In this document: in pieces, positions 57,258-64,000 of the stretch
How the letters are laid out: each line of letters begins with the position of its first letter
Position numbering within the stretch: position 1 is the first letter of the stretch
Assembly (NCBI GenBank): GCA_009917695.1
Contig: JAACJG010000014.1
Location: forward strand, 50,959 to 114,958
DNA: 64,000 bases
Direction: 5' to 3'
Source: Candidatus Rifleibacterium amylolyticum
Lineage (GTDB): Bacteria; Muiribacteriota; Ozemobacteria; Ozemobacterales; Ozemobacteraceae
The notes under the pieces: model-generated
Told to the model about the DNA's origin: nothing
The model's input: the letters and a program-made list of their open reading frames with translations, nothing else
Database searches by the model: none
Translations under genes and position numbers: made by a program

Positions 57258-59239
57258 AGCGACAACGCGGATTTGTTTTGCCAGCTGTTTTAATGCTTAT
57301 AAGCGTAATACTGCTGTTTGCGGCAGTACGGCATTTCTTTTCGCGCAACCAGCTGATTCAGGCCGCGCACGACGCCAACTATGAAAAGTCTTTCCATCTT
57401 GCTATCGGGGGCATAGAGTCGGCAGACAACCTGTTTATGAAAGCTGTCGCCTTTTTTAACGATGGCAGACCTGAAACCATGCCGAAAATTGCAAAGGCTC
57501 CGCCTGAACTCGCGCCAATCCTGGAGGCATTATTAAACGCCGATGGACTGCCCTATGCCCGCAAAGAGCGAATACCAATCGAATCGTCAATGTTTGCCCA
57601 TTTGCAGAGCAGCTGGGAAAAATTTTCGAGCCTGAAAGTCGAAATTGAATTGAGAGATATCGAAGCACTGGTTGCACAATCGCCTTTTCCCGGGCCAATT
57701 CCTGATACGAGGGAAACCAGAATACTGGTGATGTTACACGCAGAGGCGGTTGTGAATGGCGCAGTAGCCAGAATATGCCGATATCGCGAGGCAAAGCTGG
57801 TTAACCTTCTGCCATCGATTCTTGGCAAATTCGTGCTTTACCTGAGAGAGCAGGGCTCGGTCAGCAACAATTCATTTGTAGATCGCTTCTCAAGGCCAGA
57901 TCTGTTAAAAGACACGCCCCTGATGGTATTCAGCGGAAAAATCAGCGGTCTTTCTTCTTTAAGCCTGGCTGACGCTTCAGAATTCTTCGAGAAACAGGGC
58001 TGGGTATTTCTTGGCGGCGATGCACCATGGCTCATCGGCAGCGGCCCCGGCGGTGGAAACGCCAATTACGCTTCAGCCCTGCAGAAAAGTGACCTGCAGA
58101 CCTTTACCATTCAGCCGCCCGACGAATTTTCGTCGCTGAATTTTCTGGCCTATTATTCGCAACTTGAATACCTGTCGCCTGAATTGAAAGATCTCACATA
58201 TAACAAGGTCTTACAGGGAATCAACGATGAACTTTTTTCATCGCGAATCAGAATCTCAGGCAGCAGAAACCAGCCCACACCGACTAACGTTGTCGGCAAA
58301 GTCGTCGCCAGATGCGCTTTAATTCAGGGTCTGCAAAACACGCAAACCGGGCTGTACGCCCCATACCCTTTCATTCAGGAATCGCAGTTTCATGGCAACG
58401 CCTGGCCTGGCATGAGCTCAGAAGCAGCAAACACAATGGAAGAAAACTTTGGGGGCGTTTTTCAACGCTACAAATCACGCATGTCAGTCGTTCTCGAAGA
58501 AAGATACAACGCGATAAATCTGCGCGCGCTCAATTTTCCTGATCCGCCAATGAATTCTGCAATTATGGTAGACCCCAGAAATCTGCCGGCCGGCATCAAG
58601 GAACCCGAACCCTCGAAAAGACTGCATGTCGACAGTAACCCTGCGTCTTTCATTGACGCCAATTCCGGCAATTTTTACCAACTTTTCGCCGATGACGGCA
58701 GAAAGCTGTTTGAAGGCAATCTATCTGGTTTCGAAGATTTGAGCTATTTTGCCAGCAAGGCAGTAATAAGCTTTGACAAACAGGGTGAGTTTTATAAACA
58801 AATAGAAACCGAAAAAAAAGAGTATCTGCTCAACAATGTTTATCTGATCAAAGACAGCCTGCTGGTTGACCGGCCTTTAAAGTCCGCTGACGGCTGCGGC
58901 GGCATGATTATTGTAAATGGCGACATCAACATTCAAAATGAGATCATTGCCCCTGACCAGGAACCCATCGTACTGATCAGCACAGGCGGCAACATTCGCA
59001 TCGCCACCCCTGGCAAGATACAAGCCGGCTTGATTGCCTTGAAGGGGCAGATTCAAGCTGAGTCGGCGATAAACGTAAAGGGAGTAGCAGCAGCAAAGGA
59101 GTTGTCAATGGCCAGATTGACTCCACCTGGTTTAAGGCAGATTTCTTACAATGTTAACTTCGATGTAACCGATTCTGCGACCTATATGCGGGCATTCAGA
59201 TTCTTCATGCCAAAGGATGGGATCACCTTTGTCAAATAA
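57254..59239 (+). CDS. large GspK-like minor pseudopilin / secretion-associated protein (661 aa)
   Basis: N-terminus 'MKRQRGFVLPAVLMLISVILLFAAV'. ATGA overlap. GAGGAAAAAA RBS. Twice the usual GspK length. Confidence 0.5.
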   Translation: MKRQRGFVLPAVLMLISVILLFAAVRHFFSRNQLIQAAHDANYEKSFHLAIGGIESADNLFMKAVAFFNDGRPETMPKIAKAPPELAPILEALLNADGLPYARKERIPIESSMFAHLQSSWEKFSSLKVEIELRDIEALVAQSPFPGPIPDTRETRILVMLHAEAVVNGAVARICRYREAKLVNLLPSILGKFVLYLREQGSVSNNSFVDRFSRPDLLKDTPLMVFSGKISGLSSLSLADASEFFEKQGWVFLGGDAPWLIGSGPGGGNANYASALQKSDLQTFTIQPPDEFSSLNFLAYYSQLEYLSPELKDLTYNKVLQGINDELFSSRIRISGSRNQPTPTNVVGKVVARCALIQGLQNTQTGLYAPYPFIQESQFHGNAWPGMSSEAANTMEENFGGVFQRYKSRMSVVLEERYNAINLRALNFPDPPMNSAIMVDPRNLPAGIKEPEPSKRLHVDSNPASFIDANSGNFYQLFADDGRKLFEGNLSGFEDLSYFASKAVISFDKQGEFYKQIETEKKEYLLNNVYLIKDSLLVDRPLKSADGCGGMIIVNGDINIQNEIIAPDQEPIVLISTGGNIRIATPGKIQAGLIALKGQIQAESAINVKGVAAAKELSMARLTPPGLRQISYNVNFDVTDSATYMRAFRFFMPKDGITFVK

Positions 59240-59627
59240 AAAAGCGTTTACCACAGTTGAAATCGTAATCTCTCTGGCGCTGGTTTGTGGCGCCATAATA
59301 TTATGGTCTTACATATTGTCGGTCAGTCGGGACAGAAGCGATACTCTCGACAACGATCAGGTTTTCAATGCATTACGCGCAAGTCTTCTGCACAACCTGA
59401 AAAGTGACATGCGTTCTTCAACCGCAATCAGACAGCTCAGCGAAAATTCATGGGAAATAGAGACGGTCGAACTCAACGAAAGCGATACTCCTTCAGTCAA
59501 AAAAGTAGTTTATGAGCTGTCTGCTGATGCGAAAAAGGTAACCACGTCTGTAGACGGGAGGATAAAAACCTATGATTTCTCAAAAGTGCTTGGCGAAAAG
59601 AAGCTTAACTTCAAGATCTGGCCTTAA
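59217..59627 (+). CDS. pseudopilin-like protein
   Basis: 'KKAFTTVEIVISLALVCGAIIL' with an invariant Glu+5. Start codon uncertain. Confidence 0.55.
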   Translation: MGSPLSNKKAFTTVEIVISLALVCGAIILWSYILSVSRDRSDTLDNDQVFNALRASLLHNLKSDMRSSTAIRQLSENSWEIETVELNESDTPSVKKVVYELSADAKKVTTSVDGRIKTYDFSKVLGEKKLNFKIWP

Positions 59628-60330
59628 GTTATGGATTGCGCTCACACTGCTCGCCGCCGGGTTTACGGCGCTTCCCGAGCTGTTCGCCGCAAAAATTGAA
59701 TTTGATATTTTTCCAGCTACCACCACATTTAACGTTGAAAAACTCAATCCGGATGGCGGCGTGATTAATCTCGAAAACAGTCAGCAGACAAGCACCGGTG
59801 AGCTGAAAAATCCCAACGTCACACCTGTTCCTGATTTTCTGGTAAAGATCGCTGCTGAATTTCCGCATATTTTTACTCTGCCGGCATCATCCCGGCCGAT
59901 AAGCTCGATGCCGAATGCGACTATTCCAGAAGTGATGCGCCCACCTTTTTCTGAGACTTCATTAGAAGGTAAAGGCGAAAAGGAACTGGTTGCTTTACGC
60001 GACGGCACTGTAACTCTCAGGCTTTTGCTGTCAACTTACGCTCCAGCCTCCATGGAAGTGCATCTGTATGATGCCGACGGTTCAGAAGTATGGTTTAAAG
60101 GCTCTTCACTTCTGTCATGGCATCGCCCGGATTCTATGCAGAATGCTCCATTACAGTTCAAGGGGACTGTTGATCCTGATAGCATGCGCCTCGATGGACC
60201 TGGTGACTACGGCCCCGCCGACGACCTTTCCTATTCATTTGACATCAAAGAAGGTCAGAAACTGGTTCTTAAAACATACGGCAACGCTGAGCCGAGAAGC
60301 TTTATAAAGGTCAGTGGCTCGGCATTTTGA
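59572..60330 (+). CDS. secreted beta-rich protein (paralogue A)
   Basis: GGGAGGA RBS. Signal peptide. A ~100-aa C-terminal domain shared with 61951..62928. 56-nt overlap with the preceding gene. Confidence 0.6.
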   Translation: MISQKCLAKRSLTSRSGLKLWIALTLLAAGFTALPELFAAKIEFDIFPATTTFNVEKLNPDGGVINLENSQQTSTGELKNPNVTPVPDFLVKIAAEFPHIFTLPASSRPISSMPNATIPEVMRPPFSETSLEGKGEKELVALRDGTVTLRLLLSTYAPASMEVHLYDADGSEVWFKGSSLLSWHRPDSMQNAPLQFKGTVDPDSMRLDGPGDYGPADDLSYSFDIKEGQKLVLKTYGNAEPRSFIKVSGSAF

Positions 60331-60443
60331 TTAACAATATAACTAATGCCAGCAGTGATATGACAAACTGCTGAAAAATTACGTCTTGTCTAATGAAGGC
60401 TCTCGCTAGCGAACAACGGCAGTGCAAAAAGTTGAATAATTGA

Positions 60444-60968
60444 ATGAGTTATCGAAACCTGGAAGTAGATCCTGAATTCCTTTTATCGCTTAAAAAGCAG
60501 GATAACAGAGCATTTGAGAAATTGTTCCACGCATATGCCGGCCTGGTCTTTTCAATAGCAATGAGCCTGATCGGCAGGAGAACATCCGCAGAAGACGCAG
60601 TTCAGGAAGTTTTCTTTAAAGCCTACAACGCTTTGCCAGACTTTAAAGGGGAAAAGTTAGCTTCATGGCTGGGAAAAATAGCACACAATCATTGTATAGA
60701 CCTGCTTCGACAAACGAATCGTAAAGTTCTCACCACAACTGTGCCTGTTGAAGATCTACATCTTTCGCAATCAAGTTCTGACAATGATGAGCTTCCAGAC
60801 TTTATCAATTCTCTATCAGAAACTGACCGTGAAGTTGTTGTCTTGAAAAAAGTAGAAGGCTTGAGCTACAAGGAGATTTCTCTGCTGACTGGTAAAAAAG
60901 AAGGAACTTTGCGCAATATAGTTCTTAAATGTCTGCAATCGCTGAGAGAAAAAGTAGATGAAAACTGA
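60444..60968 (+). CDS. ECF (sigma-70 family) RNA polymerase sigma factor
   Basis: Region 2 'AYAGLVFSIAMSLIG...AEDAVQEVFFKAY'. Region 4 'EGLSYKEISLLTGKKEGTLRNI'. Confidence 0.85.
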   Translation: MSYRNLEVDPEFLLSLKKQDNRAFEKLFHAYAGLVFSIAMSLIGRRTSAEDAVQEVFFKAYNALPDFKGEKLASWLGKIAHNHCIDLLRQTNRKVLTTTVPVEDLHLSQSSSDNDELPDFINSLSETDREVVVLKKVEGLSYKEISLLTGKKEGTLRNIVLKCLQSLREKVDEN

Positions 60969-61872
60969 TTGTGAAAAATTCATCTCATTACTTCAGGAAC
61001 AAACCGAGATTGTTCTTGAGGACGCCGACAAAAATCATCTGGCTGAGTGTGAAAGCTGCCGGCGGCTATTGGCAAACCATGAACGCAGCTTTACAAGACT
61101 GAAACAGGATTTGTCGATTTCAACTCCACGACAGGAATTTATTCTTGCTAATCTGCAAAAGATGATAGCAGATCAGAAGAGCTCAAAAGACCGGCATCTG
61201 AATTTTTCTCTGTCACTATGGTTAAACGGATGGCGCACGCAAATCGCATTTACAATTGCATTGTTCATAGCCGTGATCGGAATCTGGTATTCACACCAAT
61301 CCTCATCGGGTGATGAAATGCAGATTTCAGGTTCAGCGACTATTCTCAAGAACTTCAAAAAGATTGCCCTTGAGAAAACTTCGATTCATCTCAGACCAGG
61401 CGAAAGAGTCACTCTCCTCAATGGTCAGATCGATCTGCGGTGGCAGAATTCAGCAAAAATCTCAGTCGACGGAATGCTTGATTTTGTCGTGCATGAGAAA
61501 AGTATAGTAGCGAACAATGGTCAGGCTACCCTCACATTTTTGCCAACCGCCTCCGGCTACATTGTTTCCACCAGATTGATGCTGGTAAAGATTCTTGGAA
61601 CTACAGTGATACTCGAACTGGACGACAATCAGGAGTCTGTTTCAGTGGTTAAAGGAAAAATAGAATGGTCGCTTGTCGATGGTAAAGAAAAGCGTGAGGT
61701 CGCTGCAGGAGTTAAAATGATTGTAACCAGTCGTCCTGACGGATTGAAGGTCACAGAAGATATCTACGAGAAAACAACACCCAATAACAGCTCAAACAAG
61801 CTGTTAGATGCAAATGATGGTATAGGGGCAAAGAAGATCGGAGATAACTGGACTCCTCTCGAAAAGAATTGA
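60958..61872 (+). CDS. anti-sigma factor (zinc-binding N-terminus, single transmembrane helix, FecR-like periplasmic domain)
   Basis: 'HLAECESCRRLL'. Transmembrane 'IAFTIALFIAVIGIWY'. Coupled to the sigma gene. Confidence 0.65.
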   Translation: MKTDCEKFISLLQEQTEIVLEDADKNHLAECESCRRLLANHERSFTRLKQDLSISTPRQEFILANLQKMIADQKSSKDRHLNFSLSLWLNGWRTQIAFTIALFIAVIGIWYSHQSSSGDEMQISGSATILKNFKKIALEKTSIHLRPGERVTLLNGQIDLRWQNSAKISVDGMLDFVVHEKSIVANNGQATLTFLPTASGYIVSTRLMLVKILGTTVILELDDNQESVSVVKGKIEWSLVDGKEKREVAAGVKMIVTSRPDGLKVTEDIYEKTTPNNSSNKLLDANDGIGAKKIGDNWTPLEKN

Positions 61873-61950
61873 ATTATGTGCTGCTGAGTAATTTATTCAA
61901 CCGTAATATTTAGTGTAAAATTTTCTAAAATCTGTCTGGAGGGTATAATC

Positions 61951-62928
61951 ATGAAGAAAAAGATTGTTGCGGTCTTTTTGGTTGCTTTTGTTTTTTCGCT
62001 GCTGGCATTGAGCTCGAGTTCTGCTGCCGATCTCAAGATAAGATTTACCGATAAAAGCCGTTTGAAATATCAGGGCGACTGGAAATTGATCAGCTATCAG
62101 GCTTACACTTCCAAACTCGTTGGATCAGGTGGTCGGCGCGGCACCCTGACCTGTGAACCTCAACTGTCAGGCACCTATCAGATAATAGCTGAATTCAAGG
62201 CAACCGTTAATCGCGGAAGGCATGCTTTATACTATGTTGATGGAGTAAAAGTAAAAGAAGTCGATCAGAGAGCGGGAGTTACCGAAGGGAAATCTGCTTT
62301 CATCAAAGTTTCTCTGGGAGTTTTTGAACTGAAGCCAGAGTCCAAGGTAGAACTCAGAGCCGAAGACGGCGTATCGTATTCTTTTGTGAGCTTCACTTTT
62401 ACCACCTCTACCGAAGTGCCGACAGATGTCAGCGCCACCGGGGGCGTTGAGGGAGATACCGGCGCCGAAAGCTCCTTTGTGGCAAAAAGCGATGGTGATC
62501 TGGTAATCGAACCCTACCTTTCCACATACAGTCCGGCGGCTTTTCGCGTGTCTGTCGATGGCAAGGAAGTATTCAGCTGGACTCGCTCGAATTCAACATC
62601 GAAAGAACCCTGTGTATTTCAGGGCGCGGCTGACGACAAGTCGATGATCGAAATTAAGCCTGGCGATTACTCACCGGCCCCCGGCCTGAAATACACGGTC
62701 GCCTTGAAGGCAGGGCAAAAAGTTACATCGAGCAAGTCGGGCAGTTACGAATCTGACGCCTATCTCAAGATTTCCGGGCCATTTGATGGTAACGCCGCCG
62801 CTGCTGAAACCGATACTGACGATAAAGACAAGCCGGTTAAAACCACTGCGGGCGACAGCGATGACGGCAAAACTGCTACCGGCGAGAAAAAGCCAACAGT
62901 CATGGACGACGTCCTGAATAACAAGTAA
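61951..62928 (+). CDS. secreted beta-rich protein (paralogue B)
   Basis: GGAGGG RBS. Signal peptide. 'PYLSTYSPAAFRVSVDGKEVFSW...IKPGDYSPAPGLKY' parallels 'LLSTYAPASMEVHLYDADGSEVWF...DGPGDYGPADDLSY'. Confidence 0.65.
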   Translation: MKKKIVAVFLVAFVFSLLALSSSSAADLKIRFTDKSRLKYQGDWKLISYQAYTSKLVGSGGRRGTLTCEPQLSGTYQIIAEFKATVNRGRHALYYVDGVKVKEVDQRAGVTEGKSAFIKVSLGVFELKPESKVELRAEDGVSYSFVSFTFTTSTEVPTDVSATGGVEGDTGAESSFVAKSDGDLVIEPYLSTYSPAAFRVSVDGKEVFSWTRSNSTSKEPCVFQGAADDKSMIEIKPGDYSPAPGLKYTVALKAGQKVTSSKSGSYESDAYLKISGPFDGNAAAAETDTDDKDKPVKTTAGDSDDGKTATGEKKPTVMDDVLNNK

Positions 62929-62958
62929 CAGAGACCCATACCGAGGCCCTTACGACTG

Positions 62959-62993
62959 ACTCTGAATCTTGTCATTCAGGGTCAGTCGGAATA
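62959..62993 (+). terminator. long hairpin downstream of paralogue B (terminator-like, no T tract)
   Basis: 'gactgac-t-ctgaat cttgtc attcag-g-gtcagtc'. Confidence 0.35.
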
Positions 62994-63007
62994 GCCCTTG
63001 CAGAAAG

Positions 63008-63142
63008 AGTTGGAGAGGTTCCGATACCCGGTTATACTCACATCAGAAAGGCGATGCCCTCATCGACAAAAATGTGGGCTGAGTCTTTCAAATGTGCCAT
63101 TGAAGATGATCTGACGCTAATCGAATGTGCCATTAAACTTAT
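63008..63142 (+). pseudogene. ~135-bp duplicated internal fragment of argH (matches 54443-54577 at ~90%)
   Basis: Encodes '[40 protein letters not shown]', which matches ArgH residues ~145-185. Confidence 0.7.
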
Positions 63143-63291
63143 AGTCAATTTCAGCAAAGTGCTTTGCTTGGTAGCAGCGCCACAGACAGGTGTTTTTCCG
63201 GTTCGCTCACAGATTTTTTTCTACGACAGATTATAATGCTCCCCGAACGTGAGACACAAAAATGAGAAAAATAAGTTAAACTGAAATCACT

Positions 63292-63606
63292 ATGAATAAA
63301 CGTAATACTTATACTCCAGAGTTTAAAACCATGGTCGTCCTCGAAATCTTGAAGGAAGAGATGACTCTTTCTCAGATTGCTCAGAAATATGAAGTTCACC
63401 AGAATATGCTCTCAAAGTGGAAGCAGGAGTTTCTGGAACACGCGCAGAGCGCTTTTAAACGTGGAAAAACAGAGGCCGAAAAAGAATTGCGAGCAGAAAA
63501 GGAACGTAGTCAGGAGCTTGAGAAGCTGGTTGGCCAGTTGACCTATGAGGTTGACTGGTTGAAAAAAAAATCTGCACAGTTCGGCATCAAGATCAGAAAG
63601 GCTTAA
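63292..63606 (+). CDS. IS3-family transposase OrfA (HTH)
   Basis: 'YTPEFKTMVVLEILKEEMTLSQIAQKYEVHQNMLSKWKQEF' and a leucine zipper. A9 slippery run at the 3' end. Confidence 0.8.
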   Translation: MNKRNTYTPEFKTMVVLEILKEEMTLSQIAQKYEVHQNMLSKWKQEFLEHAQSAFKRGKTEAEKELRAEKERSQELEKLVGQLTYEVDWLKKKSAQFGIKIRKA

Positions 63607-63607
63607 A

Positions 63608-64000
63608 ATGGTGGATTTCACCGAGAATATGCTGACCGTCCGGCGGCAAGCCGAGCTGGTCGCAGTAAATAGAACAAGCGTTTACAGAAAGGAGCCACCC
63701 TATAAGGAAAGCGAAGAAAACATTGAAATCATGAGCCTGATCGACAGGGTTCACACAGACTACCCGACTTATGGATATCGCATTATTACAAGATTGCTTT
63801 CTAATGTCGGCTATGTGGTTAATCGCAAACGAGTCAGGCGCTTGATGAGAAGAATGGACGTTCATGCAATATATCCCGGCCCCAATCTCAGCAAACTGCT
63901 GCACGCAAAATATCGCATGCCTTATCTGCTGCGTGGACTTGAGATAACCAAGCCTGATCAGGTCTGGGGAATAGACATAACCTATTTACCCATGGGAAAA
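63608..64000 (+). CDS. IS3-family transposase OrfB (integrase core), 3'-truncated by the window edge
   Basis: 'YGYRIITRLLSNVGYVVNRKRVRRLMRRM...KPDQVWGIDITY' N-terminal IS3 OrfB region. Confidence 0.8.
   Translation, partial: MVDFTENMLTVRRQAELVAVNRTSVYRKEPPYKESEENIEIMSLIDRVHTDYPTYGYRIITRLLSNVGYVVNRKRVRRLMRRMDVHAIYPGPNLSKLLHAKYRMPYLLRGLEITKPDQVWGIDITYLPMGK

Larger units (their letters stand above)
63250..64000 (+). mobile_element. IS3-family insertion sequence (partial; left end approximate)
   Basis: orfA/orfB pair joined at an A9 run. Adjacent to a duplicated argH fragment. Confidence 0.7.

Noticed and set aside
1-64000. CRISPR arrays, rRNA and tRNA genes
   Set aside because: Scanning the sequence by eye showed no regularly spaced direct repeats with unique spacers and no rRNA or tRNA consensus blocks.

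Overview
The window is a 64 kb stretch of bacterial chromosome with about 50% GC. It reads as a strict or facultative anaerobe with flavin-based [FeFe]-hydrogenase metabolism and many pseudopilin genes. It is gene-dense on both strands and mixes core metabolism with accessory DNA. Housekeeping blocks are asnA and asnC; pdxS and pdxT; argR, argG and argH; and a rex-hndA-hndC-hndD operon encoding a bifurcating-type [FeFe]-hydrogenase. Downstream of that operon sit two sensory-type HydS-like hydrogenase paralogues and a PP2C phosphatase. Positions ~32.7 to 40.6 kb form an AT-shifted accessory island, wedged between the hydrogenase/PP2C cluster and a DoxX/oxidoreductase pair. It carries a compact TIR / small-membrane-protein / TIR three-gene operon, which is my best candidate for an undescribed anti-phage or abortive-infection system. 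It also carries a HigB-like toxin + HTH antitoxin + SecB-like chaperone (toxin-antitoxin-chaperone, TAC) module, a RelE/RHH pair behind a consensus sigma70 promoter, a VapBC pair, a duplicated and internally deleted operator-regulator-gene cassette, a REP-associated tyrosine transposase remnant, and a 40-bp duplicate of an internal hydS segment at its right edge. The window also contains two large hybrid histidine kinases and a receiver-nucleotidyl-cyclase regulator. A minus-strand operon encodes an FHA-domain membrane protein together with a 981-aa helical protein and a polytopic membrane protein. There is a family of secreted proteins built from pilin-like Cys-containing repeats. A pseudopilin/GspK-like cluster is followed by two paralogous secreted proteins that bracket an ECF sigma/anti-sigma pair. 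A duplicated argH fragment abuts a partial IS3-family element whose orfA/orfB join at an A9 run in a non-canonical (+1) configuration. No rRNA, tRNA or CRISPR array was found. Coordinates for non-ORF features were read by eye and may be off by 1-2 nt; ORF coordinates follow the supplied track, with several starts re-assigned to internal ATGs that have Shine-Dalgarno support.
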